From contig MU057632.1 of assembly GCA_013265495.1 (NCBI GenBank), positions 542,054 through 606,053 of the forward strand: 64,000 bases of DNA, in the 5' to 3' direction. This DNA is from Vicugna vicugna. Lineage: Eukaryota. The notes under the pieces are model-generated. The model was not told where the DNA came from, did no database searches, and saw only the letters and a list, made by a program, of their open reading frames with translations. Of this stretch, positions 50,083 to 63,597 are shown one piece after another; the first letter of the stretch is position 1, and each line of letters begins with the position of its first letter. Position numbers and translations under genes: made by a program.

Positions 50083-51329
50083 CCTATGCTCCCAGCAAGA
50101 TAGATTTTCCCTTTGATGATATCTTTAGCAGAATAAAGACTTTCTTACACACCTTATTGTGACACGTGCAAAATATTCACGCAGGAGCTGGAGGTTTCTT
50201 TTTAGAGGAAGTTTGATCAGAGTATATAAATGATCTTGTTGAGATGACTTCGTGTTCGTGGTAATTACTGTGTTCGTGGTAATTAACCAGGCAGCAGCAA
50301 AAGCCATCCTAGCCCATTTCCTCCAAGTCTGCACTCTCACCTGGAGACAGTCTAAACTCAATTCCAAAGAAGTGACAACATGGGTCGTTTCTAATGTCAC
50401 GACTCCTGGGTATCTTTCCTGGCACACCCTCACAGACATCAGCTGGACTCTGAGTTCTCTCAGGATACGTACTGTGTTTATTCATTATTTATCCATCCCC
50501 TTCTCTCTTCACTGTGCTTGATCTCTCCCTATTGCCATGGGAATGGCAACTCCACGGCAATACCCTCTTCACTTCCTTTCAGTCATCTCCATAGTCACTG
50601 TTGTGTCAGGTTGATTCCAGCTTCAGTGCTGATGAAAAGGAAAAGGGGAACTTGTTTCATAAAGTGACTTTCTTTCCGCTCAGTTTGCTCTGGCATTTCT
50701 TTATCTGTGCCTCAAATTTAGCAAGTGAAACATTTGTTCCAGTGGAGTATCTGATATGCATGGTTGGCTGTCACACGCATGATTGATTCTAAATGTACGC
50801 CTGGATCCTTCCTCCCAGCCCAGACCCCTACAGCAGCAGCACACACTGTCAAAAAGGCTTTCCTGTCATCAGCAGGTACACCTGTCATCTATGACTTAAC
50901 TCGCGTATGGTAAACAAGCAGTTGCTGGCAAGAGATCATAAACAAAACCAGCCTCTCTGTCTCTATTTTCCACCTGTTTTGCCAGGAGAGGTGTCTCTCT
51001 GAGACATCACTCTGTTTCATCCTCTTTAGGTCCTTGACTCTTTCTGTCACCACCGGTCACATGCCATAACCACCCTCCTTATGTTCATTTTTAAATCCAT
51101 CTGTGCCTCACTGGTTACTGTGGTTCAACAGTGAGTCATGGAAACTACTCAAGACTTGTCTCTCTGGATTTGTCCAGCAGCCATATCCTCTTTGGTGTCT
51201 GCTTTTCAGCTGCCCTTGTGTGACAAGATGCCTTCTCATCTAATTTCTTCAGTACTATTTCTCTTGTTTAAATTTTCTGTCATCTTTGAATTGCTAGTCC
51301 CCACTCTTATTTTAAGTATTTTCTTTTAT

Positions 51330-52123
51330 AAGTTTTTTTTAATTTTTATTGAAGTGTATTTGATTTACAATGTTAGTTTCAGGTGTACAGCAAAGTGACT
51401 CACTTATGCGTACACATACATATATATTTCTTTTCAGATTCTTTTCATTATATGTTTTTACAAGAAATTGAATATAGTTTCCTGTGCTCTACAGTAGGTC
51501 CTGTTTGTTTAATCTATTTTATTTTTTTTTCTATTTTATATATAGTAATGTGTATCTGTTAATCCCCAACACCTAATTTATCCCTCCGCACCCTTTCCCC
51601 TTTGGTAACCATAGTTTGTTTTCTATGTCTGTGAGTCTGATTATGGTTTGTAAATAGAATTTGCATCATTTTTTAAAAGATTCCACATATAAGTGATATT
51701 ATATATTTGTCTTTCTCTGTCTGACTTACTTCACTCAATATGATGATATCCAGGCCCATCCATGTTGCTGCAAATGACATTATACATATACCACATCTTC
51801 TTTATCTGCTCATCTATGGATGGACATTTAGGTTGCTTCCATGTCTTGGCTGTTATAAATAGTGCTGCTATGAACATTGGGGTGCATGTGTCTCTTCCAA
51901 ATATATGCCCAAGAGTGGGATTGCTGGATCATAGGGTAACTCCATTTTTAGTTTTGTTTTTTTTTTAATTGAAGTATTGTCACCTCCATACTGTTCTCCA
52001 TAGTGGCTGCACTAATTTACATTCCCAGCAACAGTGTAGGAGGGTTCTTTTTCCTCCAAACCCTTTCCAGCATTTATTATTTGTAGACTTTTTAAATGAT
52101 AGCCATTCTGACTGGTGTGAGGT
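51330..52123 (-). mobile_element. L1 3' end, about 0.8 kb
   Basis: T-tail, attgaagtgtatttgatttacaatg, and antisense ORF2 end (gatagccattctgactggtgtgaggt). Confidence 0.92.
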
Positions 52124-52494
52124 CAGGCCCACCCCTGTTTTTAATTTTTAAATATTTTCTTTTACAAGTTTTTTAATGTAGTAATTTGGCTAAATGACAG
52201 CTCTCTGTATTACGACCCAGGTAATAGTATAACGTGCTAACTTTAATTAGTCCTAATTTGTGTTTCAAAGCTGTGGAGTCATGTGGCCTTACTCCTCTCC
52301 CATCAACAGCAGCAGAATATAGTACAACTTTTCCGAGTATATGTGCAAAAGTCTGACTTCCATTTCACTTAAAATCAGTCTTTTTTTCTGATTTGATGGA
52401 GTTGAGCTATGCTCAGTTGGTTGGACTGATTTTCCAGTAAGTTAAATTTAATGTCACTGGAATTCTTCTCTGTGCCAGTTCCCATGGGGCTTAA

Positions 52495-52692
52495 GTTGGA
52501 AAACTATAGCCTCTCAGCCAAATCTGGCCTGACATCTGTTTTTGTAAATAAAGTTTTATTGGCACACAGCCACACTTATGTATGTATTGTTTGAGAGTGT
52601 TTTCACACTACAGAGAAAGTGCTGTGACAGAGGCTATGACCTGCAAAGCCTAAAATATCTGCTATCTGATCCTTTAAGAAAATGTTTTTGCA
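52495..52692. mobile_element. MER58A-like hAT DNA transposon
   Basis: gccaaatctggcctg...tgtttttgtaaataaagttttattggcacacagccac...gcaaagcctaaaatat. Confidence 0.8.
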
Positions 52693-52874
52693 CTCATGGA
52701 CCACCCAAGACACAAGATCTGGAAAATCTCCCTGGTTTGGTCTCCTGGCAAAGTTTATCAGATGTTCAGTCTTCGAATATGTCTTCCCTCCAAATTTGTG
52801 AAAATCACATATTAACCAATAGGAAAGGTCAGATAATTTTCAGAGATACTGCAAAGGTATTTTGCATATAAATA

Positions 52875-53056
52875 GATTGCCAGATAAAATATTACAAAGC
52901 ACTAACTTAAATCTGAATTTCAGATGAAAACTTTTTTTGGTGTAAGTATGTTCCAGATATCACATGGAACATACTTATACTAAATATGTATTTATTTTTC
53001 TGAAATTCAAGTGTTACTGGGCATCTTGTGCTTATGTTTGCTAAAGCCAGCAACCA
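52875..53056. mobile_element. MER53-like palindromic MITE
   Basis: ttgccagata...tgaatttcaga...taagtatgttcca/tggaacatactta...tctgaaattca...gcaacc, with internal dyad symmetry. Confidence 0.82.
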
Positions 53057-53695
53057 GGATGCAAGGAAGAAAAACTGAACAGAAGTTGAAAGAACATCTC
53101 TAGGCACCAAGTGAACTTTTTAGTGCATTAGCAGCTTCTAATGTCTTGTCTGGTCACACTCCAGACTTCTCCAATTTATATTCATGTCTGGAATCAATAA
53201 TGAGAGGCTTCATTCTTTACACCCAAGTCTTTGGCACACGGATGATCTTTCTGACCCAGGAATCCATGTTGTTTATTGACAGTTTGAAATTTTCAATTAT
53301 TCATCAGATTTCAGGAGAAAGAGTACTTTTCAATACAAGATGAAAGGAAGTAGGGCTTCATAGGTTTGACAGAGTCACAGGAGGTGAGCAAAAATTAGAA
53401 TGTTTAAAAATAAGTGATGGGGAAATTGGCAAGGGTCTACTTGTTCTAATACTGTTCTGTCTGGAAGGAACAGTGTTAAGAATTAATTGTAATTAGGAAA
53501 CACTGGGCGATCCAGGATATTAACTGAGAGAAAACAAAGTTAGTTAAACAGAAAAAATAATATATTAAAAGATTCTATATTAGAGGCAAGCTTTTGCTTA
53601 GATGTGTCTTGGAATACTTCACGGACTCTTGTGATGGCTTTCTTTCTCACAGGCGTCTTATTTTTCTGATTGGATTTCATATAAGAAAACATATT

Positions 53696-53835
53696 GGAGG
53701 AAGGTATAGCTCAGTGGTAGAGCACGTGCTTAGCATACATGAAGTCCTGGGTTCAATCCCCAGTACCTCCATTAAAAAATAAATAAATGAATAAATAAAC
53801 CTAATTACCCCCATTCCCCACTCAACCCCCACAAA
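53696..53835 (+). mobile_element. Vic-1-type SINE (long form)
   Basis: ggtatagctcagtggtagagcacgtgcttagcatacatgaagtcctgggttcaatccccagtacctcc plus aaataaacctaattacc. Confidence 0.92.
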
Positions 53836-54282
53836 ACCCCACATTTGTATATGATGTTCAGCGCATGTGATCCAACTTAAGTCATTACTAACTTGCTGAG
53901 TGATTTTAAGTCAATAACTGCACGATTTTGATTCTCGGTTTCTCATCTGAAGAAGTTGATTCAGAAGGTTTTGAAGGTTCTTACCGGCTTGCAGCTCCGC
54001 CTCTGTTACTCGCCGCTGCATGTTATATTAGATTGTGATGTCTACAGTGTGTCCAAAATACCAAAATGTCAACGTGACTACAAGCCCCAAATTTGGGAAA
54101 CAGCACAGCATCAGAAGCTGGCCTCTATGAATGAGACTGATCCCCATGAAATGATAACAGACCTGTTCAAATTGGATGGAACACTGGTTTAATATCTTAG
54201 GTCTGTCTATTCTTGCATATTTTCATGAAATATTTGTATGTCTGAAATTCTATTCCTCTCTCTTTTTTGGTGAGCCTTACTT

Positions 54283-54505
54283 CATTTTTTTATTATTTTT
54301 TTATCTTTATATATATTTATTGAAGTATAATCAGTTGACAATGTCATGTCAATTTCTGGTGTACAGCATAGTGCTTCAGTCATACATGTACATATATTTA
54401 TTCTTTTTCATATTCTTTTTCATCATAGGTGACTACAAGATATTGAATCTAGTTCCCTGTGCTACACAGTATGACCTTGTTGTTTATCTATTTTACATAG
54501 AGTAG
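54283..54505 (-). mobile_element. L1 3'UTR tail
   Basis: attgaagtataatcagttgacaatg...ttccctgtgctacacagta. Confidence 0.88.
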
Positions 54506-56297
54506 TTAGTATCTTCCTCTCTTTCTTTGTAAATATTTTGGTTGCCTGCTAGTTTGTAAAATTTTCAGAGAACATTTTAATTGAGAGTAACTTCTGTGAC
54601 ATGGTGCTTGGTCAGTAGTAGTTACTATAGAAAGAAAATCTGTCTCCTGTGGGGTTTGTGGTGTGGTAATCCACATGTTAGAAAGAAAAAATACACGTGA
54701 GGTTGTGGTAAAATTGAAAGGAAAATGACTGACCCTTGACATGCTTCTTTAAAAATAGTTATTTAAGATAATATAAGTAGAACTGGGGAGATGAGAAAGT
54801 GTCCTCCGTCTTGAGCATTTTAAAAAATATAAATCTAAGAAAGCAAAAAAAGAAGTGTGTAAGTATGCTAAATTAACTTCTATGTCCACTAATGCACTAT
54901 TTTTTTAAAAAATTGATCTTTCATTTAAAACATTATAGATGATGCTAAAATCGCTTCTGATTGCCACCTTAATTCTTCTCCCAAGAAGGTAAGCCCTGCT
55001 GTTGGTTTTGTGTGGGACTTTTCAGAGAATTTTCAACTCATTTCCTTGCAGAGACTAGAGTCCGGCTGTTTTGTGTACGTGCTGAATGGGACAGCAGTGC
55101 CACTTATGAAAGACCTTTGGCTCTGGGCTTGATTATCGAAGTGAAGAAATCTTCACTTGAGAGGGTGAGCCCCACCGAGAGCAAGGATGTGTGTGTGTGT
55201 GTATGTACGTGTGCATACACACAACATAAATTTGGTTCACAAGCCACTCGGAACCTCGGTTTCTTTATCTACAACCCAGAATGTGATGCTCGAAGACATC
55301 ACTCAGGTTTGTTTAGTGCTCAGTTTCTTTAGCCCCTTATTTCCACTGCTAGTGTGGCTGAAAAGATGGCTTTAGGACAGGACTTCTGGTTTTCCCCCGT
55401 GCCATTCAGTTATAGTGTCTGTTTATGTGACCTAATACTGTTTGCCAAAGCTGGATACCTACACATTTGCTCAAAAATAAATCAGACTTGTTCCTGGTTT
55501 TAAGAGGGATGGTCCCGTAACAGCAGGGAAGGTCCTGTAAGGTCAGGCATCCTTCCACGGCGCCTCGTGGTCATTTCTTGTGAGTTCTGTCCAGCTCATC
55601 TGGAGTCAATCCCGCTGAATGTACCCTCTGTCGTTGTTCTGGGTATCACGGTCATCCCCTCCTCAACCAGACTCTGCACGATGCCGACAGCTCGGATGTG
55701 ATGGATTTTCTGCAAGCCTTGTTTCGGAGCCACGCATTCAACTTCGCTTCCACACGTCTGTCTCCAATGCCTCCCTTTCTCTTTCTCAAAACCACGGCTA
55801 CGTGTACCACAAAGCATTGAAAACTAGATTTTGGCTTTTAATCTCTTTTAAGTTTGGGACTTCTATGGTTATGTGAAAGTGAATGTTAATCAAGTAGTTT
55901 TCCTTCTCTATCAAATAGATGATTTTGATGTTATCTGGCCGCCATGGTTCACTGATGTGCTCTGCGTGCGACCTTGGGTCTGTGGCATTAGGATTTTGTC
56001 AAGGTCATTGCTGTCTTCTAACGTTCTTGAAGTCTCCCTCCTCAGCCCCATACGCTGTTACTCATCACATCTGGTGAAGCCTGATGAGTACAGAGGCCAG
56101 GCAGAAAAGCAAAGGATGCCTGCAGAGAGCTGAACACAGGGGACAACGTGATAAGAGCCTCTGGGTGTTTTCAACGCCATAGGACACATGCAAAATGAAC
56201 AAAAACAAACTCCTTGAAATCATACACATTTATAACTTCAGCGTCCATTAGAAAATACCTTTTGCAAAGTTGTAACCTCTTTAAAATCAATTTTAGT

Positions 56298-56530
56298 TAC
56301 ATGAGATACCCAGAAAAGGCAAACTCATAGAGACAGAAAGTGATTCAGGGTAGCCCGAGGCTGTGAGAAGGGAGAATGGGGAGTGAGTGCTGAATGGGTG
56401 ATAAAAATATCTGGAAAGATATCGTGGTCATGGTTGCACAACATTTTGAATGTACTAAATGCCATTGAATTGTACTCTTAAATTGGTTAACATGGTAAAT
56501 TGTATGTTGTGTATATTTGCCACCCCAAAG
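56298..56530 (+). mobile_element. L1MB-type 3' end
   Basis: ggcaaactcatagagacagaaagt...ggttgcacaacattttgaatgtactaaatgccattgaattgtac. Confidence 0.8.
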
Positions 56531-59500
56531 TATATGGCACAATTTTTAGAAGTTATAGATGTGTGTGTGTGTGTTTGTCTATCATTCAACCTATGACTAT
56601 TTCCGCTTTAGTGCTGTCTTAAACATCAAGGCTTTTGGTGTCAGAAAACCTTTTGTTTATTGCTTTCAACACTAAGGAACTTTTATAAGTGTATAAATGA
56701 GCCTAGAATTACAAGGTCTAGCAACACAACAACATCAATCTAAATCAACTGGAATGTTTCCATGCAGGGGTGTGTGTGTGTATTATTATTTCTTGAGATG
56801 GGAAGGGACAATGATGATGATTCATCTTGAGATAAGCATGAAGATCATAGTCTTGAAGAGATTTTGGAGAAAAAACGCTGATGTTATTAAAGGATAAAAA
56901 GGCTGAATTTAGGAGAAAAGATGAAAAGAAGAGGATCAACTTACCTAGTGGAGAATAAACTGAAAAGTGATTTAATAGCTGAAATCAAGCACTGCATTAA
57001 ACGTAACAACCCGGGGAAATGGAAGAATGATGTAGCATTTAAAGGCTAGAGAAAATGTTGGATTTTTAGGGTTTTCTTATGTTCTTTCTCAGAGACATTT
57101 TAGTAAGCTACTTTAAACATGTGGAAGGACGTGGGGAAGCTGTGCTGGTTTTACCAGCTAACTTCTGTGAGAGTGGCAGATGCAAAAGATCTGCAGTCCT
57201 TATCTTGAAAAGTGACAGTGATTTTGATTTTTTAATGGTCAAAGAAGAGGGAATTATTCTCACATTTTCCTAAATATTTACAAATATCCTTGGCATTTTT
57301 CTTTAGGTGGGTCAGAAGAAAACTTTGGTAACTAAGGAGCAAATGAGGGTAAGAAAGATGGGCTTGAGGCCACGATTGTGGAAGAAAGAAGCTTTTTTTC
57401 AGTAGAGATGATAAATACTATAATGACATTTTTTAAATTGTGGTTTTCTTTGGAGACCTCTAAATAGCATAGATTCAAATCTATAAAGAACAACTTTGTT
57501 ATCATTTTGACTGACAGGAATGAATGGATTGGATGACTACTCAAATTTCATTTAAGTCAAGTAGGAGAATCACATTTTTCTGATCATAAATCTCTCTAAA
57601 GAATATAAATTCTTAGCAATGAAAGTGCTCTGGAGACATAATTTAATCCCTTAACAATCTTACTTAATTTCACCCACTTTTGTAGAAAGGTAGCATTACT
57701 AACATAGTTCCAGGAAAGTCAGTAACGTGATTATGAGCAACAAACACATTGTATTACTTCAGAAAGGAACATAAACTCCAGCATCAGCCTGGGAAACTAT
57801 GGAAATGTTCCATCAATAGTGAAAAATTTCTCCAAGCCACAAGACTGAGAAAAAGTCCCCAAAGGACCTTCCTGATGTGCAGAATCAATTGCTCTTCCAC
57901 AACATTGTCAACACCTGGATTAAATATAAGAGTAAATAAATCGAAGTCTATCTTTCCCATCCTTCTCCTTTCAACCTATTTGTACTTTTGTATCTAAAAT
58001 GTCTCTTGAAGGTGGCATATAATTGGATCACATTTTTAAAATATTCATCATGCTTAAAATAGAGAGAGATGTTCTGTAATATAGCTTCTGGAGGACTTTT
58101 GAGTCATACAGTCGAACATGAGAGTAGACAGAAGACAGACATGAATTCTGGGGCCCAAACAAATATGAGCCAGCATGTCCACACTTGGCCATGGAGTCTT
58201 TGTTGTTAACTCTAAGGAAAGCATCCCAGTACCATCTCTTCCCCATGTCCCATGCCCTACTGCTTATCTGTTAATATTATATATCTGGGGAGACTGAAGC
58301 AATTTCAGTTCTCTTTGCATCCCTAATTTAGGTTTCTAGTGAAAGAAGTAAATTCATAAGAAAAACATAAAGAACAATTAGGATTATGAGGCTGATGAGC
58401 CACAGAGAGAAATCATAAAGTAATGGAAAGTCATCTCTAGGTAGAAGTACGTGGGGAACCAGCCACATCACATTATGAGGGTGATGTTGATGGAGGGTCC
58501 CTCCAAACTCCTGTGAGCAGAGAAGGGGTACAGCCCTAACACATGAGGGGAGGAGTGGTGGCTGAATCTCTGAAGGGGCCAAATTCACTTTGAAGCAGTT
58601 TCAGGAGGAGCAGCCTCTCCGGGAGGCAGCCTCAGGACAAAGCCCAGGCTCTACCCCGGAGCAGTGGCCCCGAAGGTGGGATCCAAGGAAATTGGCAGTT
58701 ACACGAGGAAGATAGCCAGTCAGCATGCAACCAGGTGTCAGAAGTGTGACATGTGGAGCTCGGGGAGCCACACAGGAGAGGCAGAGCCCTCGCTGGGGAC
58801 AGAGGCTGGCTTCCTCAGCACCATTTATCTTGGCCACTGTGGCAGAGGAAAGACACCCCAAGGCTGGAGCCAGGGTTGGGGGGAGCTTCCCTGGCTTTTG
58901 ATTGTGGCAAATGGAGGCTAGCAGAGTCAACAGCCGGGTTAGGGGCTGCCGCTGTGAGCCACCGTGGGACCACAAGTGATGGCAGGCTGGCTGACTCTGA
59001 TCTGCGCTGTTGAAAAGACATTCCTTCCTTGCGGGCAGTAATCTGGAAGATGTCACTTCCATACGCTGTCCTCTATAGGATCCATCTCAAAAAGAAAAAT
59101 AAGGAGAGTGAGCACTTTTCTCCACTTTCAGAGAGTTTCCTGGAAGCCATTCTGTCCCTTGGTGTCAGGGTGGTGTTACCTAGCCCGGGCACAGAGTTCC
59201 CATTCCATCTGGCAGTGAGAGACTTCCAGCTGCCTCCCGCTTGTGAAGAGGAAACAGCCAATAAAGGTTCTCATGACTGATTGGTTTCATAGAGCATCTT
59301 GAAAAGTAGCCACACACTCTATGAGAACAATTACATTTGCACAAGAGAGACATTCTGGGTGGCTACATAAAGCTTAAAAGTAACTAATCACTGCATACGG
59401 CATTGGCAAATGATACAGGTTTCCTAAAAATTTCTAGGTATAAAATGAAACTTTATATATTAGTTTTTGGGGTCCATGGGGTTGTTGCCAGTGTATGTTG

Positions 59501-61703
59501 ATATTTGTATTTGAAAACCAAACTCTTGGGTGGCTGACAGTTCAAATGAAGATTTTCAAGGGAGGCGCATTTCTTGCACCACTTAACATCAGCACTCTGT
59601 TAAGTAAAGGTGATACTAAGTAAACACATGTCACTTTTCCTCCCCTCACCCCCCCACCAAGCCCCAAACTGCTCTTACATTTACTCCTGTATCTTGTTCA
59701 TTCTGCTTTTAATGCACTCTCGGCTTTCCCCTTTCTTTGCAAAACTGATCGTGATGCAGAGAATATTTATAGGTGAGCATCAAAGTTTATCAGTAAGAAT
59801 TTTTTAATATGACATGAAAATGTCATCTCTCCCTTATGCCCTGGGTGTGAATTCTTGGGCGTTGACTAAAGCTATTTCTATCCATGCTTTCTTCCATAGG
59901 GCTGAGTAAGGGTAATACAAACTGAGTTGGGCACATCTCTCCCCATACATTTTAAATAGTTTCTATTATTGGATACTAACTAACTTATTCTGCTTTACTG
60001 TACTTCTTCCCTTAGCAGATTCCCCAGATTTAACACTTACAAGTTGAGTAATTACCCGGTATATATATTGAGAGATCAACCATCTCAAACAAGCAATGAA
60101 CAAACTTGGTACATATGTTCATCTCACCACAGATGCTCCCCACCTCACTCTGGTTTTTTAAGTGCATCAAATATTACTAAATGCACTTGTGAACATTCTT
60201 ACATATGTCTCTAAGCTAATCTGATTTTGTATCAAAATTCATCTTTACTAAGTTTATAAAATCTTTATATAGGCAATTTTTTTTTGGTAATAAAAAAATT
60301 CCTGAGGGTGGCATAAGACTGGAAACACAGATTGCTAAAGGAAGAGAAGAAAAAGACCTATCAGTGGGGCTTAGACTCATCCAACTATATTGAATGGCAG
60401 AGAGCCAAATCATTATTGTTTAGAAAATTCAGCATCGGGGTCAAGATGGCAATGGTACGGGATGCTGGCTAGGAAGAGGCTAGGCTGCCCGTCTGGTAAA
60501 CTCTCAGCCGACTCCTCTGTGATCAGCAGCAAGGTCAGTGTTAACAGTGTCAAGTCAGGAACTGCTGCAGACTCACGGGCAGCATCAAAATCAGAAGCCC
60601 TTCCTTCATTTGGGATGAAAAGTATCATAAAACACTCAAGATCTGGTCGATTGTTTTTTGGAGGAACAAATATTGTTGTGACAGCTTTAAGAATTTGATT
60701 GCTTTTGTAATGTGAGGATGGGACGCAGCTTTGGTGTTGGTGTCTGAGACCTTTTGCAGTGAAAGCTGACATCCCTGACCTGTCACTCGGACGCCTCGGT
60801 GATATTATCACCATTGTGTTTGTGGATACTCGCTTTGGGTGGTATGGCTTTTGAAATCTTTCTGAGATTTTATTCTCAGTGAGGATGCTTTAAGTATATA
60901 GAAAATGGAACTTCTTTATTAACCAGGTAGGTTGTAAAATAAAATCATCTATTTAATTCTAACTAGAGAAGGTTACAGGGGCTGGTCATTAATACATAAA
61001 GTAAAATAAATACGGTAACCGATTCTGCCTGGGAGGCGTGCCTAAACACAGGTCAGCTTTTCCAGCATCGCAGGATGGTAATGATTTAAAGGCTGGTTTG
61101 CGTGTCACTGGAGGAATCCGTGGGTGTCAGGAACTCACAAAATATACAATATACGCTTCTTTGGCTTAGGGCATTGACAGCTTTGTTAAAACGCAAAATT
61201 AATTGGTGTGTTGATGTTTTAAGCATCGTCAACCTTAGCACCTTAACTCAAATGCATAAATAAGGTTATATTAGTAATAAACTCACCTTTTAGAAGAATG
61301 TTCTGCATGGCCTGTAGCCTCTCAGTTTGGATGTGTGTGGAGTAAAGAAAGTTCTGGAGTGTGAGTGTGCTCCTGGTTGGAGGATTCGGGTTGGACACTA
61401 CAAGGATGCTAACTGGGGGGAAGATGTGCATTTTTGTGGGCGTGGAGTAGATGATGGGGGTGAGACATACAGACAGGAAAGGCAGTGGGGCTAAACCTTG
61501 TCTCCTTTCCCTGGAGGCAGTCACTGCCTTTAAATCTAAACACACCAAATAAGCACTGCCTCCCTCAGGACCCTGCCTCCGAACGACCAATACCCGTTCC
61601 TCTTAGTGAGCCAAGGTCTTTCTCCCTGAAACTTAGACTCACTGATTCTAACTTTGCTCCCTTGGACACACAGAATTTGGTTTAGGGTCAAACACATGTA
61701 GCA

Positions 61704-61809
61704 TTTTTTTGTTTTGTTTTGTTTTGTTTTCTAATGGAGGCACTGGGGATTGAACCCAGGACCTCCTGCACGCTAAGCATGCGCTCTACCACTGAGCCGT
61801 ACCCTCCCC
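61704..61809 (-). mobile_element. Vic-1-type SINE
   Basis: (TTTTG)n tail plus aatggaggcactggggattgaacccaggacctcctgcacgctaagcatgcgctctaccactgagccgtaccctcccc. Confidence 0.92.
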
Positions 61810-62199
61810 ACTAAAAGTGGGTGAGGCCATTTTTTTAAAATGTTGTTTGTTTGTTTGTTTTGTTTTGTTTTGTAGGGAGTATAGAGCAGCTGGGATGATA
61901 CATGTACAGGGCATGCAAAGGACACTGGAACAAAAAAGAATCCCCATATGTATTCATCCAGCTACTCATAATTAATAACCATCCTGGCCGTATCCATCCC
62001 TGTGTAGGTCAGTCTGGCTTTGAGGACCGGGGAGAAGTGATGGTGTGTCTATAAAAACTCGGTAGCGTTGATAAATGTTTCTATTTCTTCCAGTGTTTAA
62101 AGGAAACAGTACAGAGGGGTGATTATTTCAGAAGGTCAGGATGGAGCAGTTGGGCCAGAGCGGCTGTGTCCCAGAGAGAATGGGACTGATGTCCCATTA

Positions 62200-62830
62200 T
62201 TGGACTGATGTCCGTCTGGGTATAGTTCCATAGAGACATGACAAAAGACTCTGTTTCATCCTGTCCTATTCAATGGTTTATATAAATGGATTTAGAAAAA
62301 TATATTGATGGCATATTAATCAAACCCAGAAATTTAAAAAGTTAGGAAGAATGATTAACATGTTGGATAAAGAAGCAAATCGAAAATAACTTTAAAAGCC
62401 TAGGACGTTGGGGTAAACATAAAATAAAGAAAGGTAAGAGGTCTAGGTGCAAAGTTAGGTGTTTAAGTCACACGGTACATTTTGGGATAGAGGATATTTG
62501 GTTCAACTGGGAGCTCAGTGAATACAGAGCAGATGTGTTTGCTTAGAAAGCTCCTGTGGTTCAGGCTGGGTTGTAGAAAGTGTCTCAGTGGTCTTGCTAG
62601 ATTTTGTGTTCCTCACCAGGAATCATCTGTTCGAGGAGTTACAGAGACTCCTGAAGGGTGTCCATGAGGAGGTGTTGGGAATAATTAGCGGTCTAGAAGC
62701 CCTAGGCCACGTTGTCGGCAAATGGGATGTTTCATGTACGGGAATGAAGACCTTGAGGGAGGGCACGTGATGGGTGGTCACTGAGTACACTGTCTTCACA
62801 CAGGAGATGTGTGTGGTGTAAGAAGGAAAA
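62200..62830 (+). mobile_element. CR1/L3 LINE RT-region remnant
   Basis: cctgtcctattcaat...ataaatggattta...ggcatattaatcaaa...aagttaggaaga...gtgcaaagttaggtgttta follows the order of CR1 RT motifs (PVLFN-IFINDL...LIKF...KLGG...CKVLHL), but is frameshifted. Confidence 0.6.
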
Positions 62831-63450
62831 GCTGAAACCAATGAGTCCAAGTTTTAGGGTTAAAAATATTGGCTCACTATGGGGAATGATTATAGACGAT
62901 GGAGAGGCAGCTTTCTGGGTGGGGGCAGTGGTTATCTGATGTGCTGATACTTAAAGGCACCGAGTTATTCCAGGAAAACCAAACATCTAAGGGAAAAGAT
63001 GTCTTTGGCAAAGGTGTTTTCCCATTCTTAGAGGGGGTTAGAAGTAAGGCTGAAAGATTACCTTCTAAGGATGTGGTTATATCTGGGGGCCACGTAAGCA
63101 CCCCCCATACTGAATTTCTGGGAGATTCTTTAAGGGGAGAGTCTAAAAAAAGGTTATTGCTAAACTTCATTTAAGGAAAAAGTCTCTTTCATGTAATGTG
63201 TTCCTATGATCATTCTTCTCCTAATTTTGATCTGGTTAGTGATCATAATCTTTCTGGATTAATACACTTTTTTGACATTTATATTTCACAATTATATTTC
63301 TCTAAATAGATACAAATACTTGGCATTTGAAACCCTCCTGTGGAGCCTCGAGCCCTTCCCTCACTCTCCACACACTGATTCTGTGCAGCTATGCTCAATT
63401 TGGAACAGAGTTTTGAAAGATGTATCGTAAGAATAAAGTTAACCTTACCA

Positions 63451-63597
63451 GGGAACTATATTCAATTTCTTGTAAAAACATATAATGGGAAAGAATCTGA
63501 AAAGAAAAAAATATATATGTATATGTGTAATCGAATCACTTTGCTGTACACCTGAAACTAGCATTGTAAACTGACTGCCCTTCAATAAATTTTTTTT
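63451..63597 (+). mobile_element. Short L1 3' tail
   Basis: gggaactatattcaatttcttgt...cttcaataaa flanked by the 15-bp TSD aagttaac(c/t)ttacca (63436, 63598). Confidence 0.88.

Noticed and set aside
58270..59062. GC-richer block with a 153-aa ORF, possibly an old ERVL/MaLR LTR
   Set aside because: The ORF has no recognisable homology and I could not define LTR termini or a family; needs RepeatMasker.
61733..61809. tRNA-Ala(AGC)-like sequence (also at 53696, 15000 and the other copies)
   Set aside because: Extended GGGGAGGG head, A-rich tails, TSDs at several copies and high copy number mark these as SINEs rather than tRNA genes.
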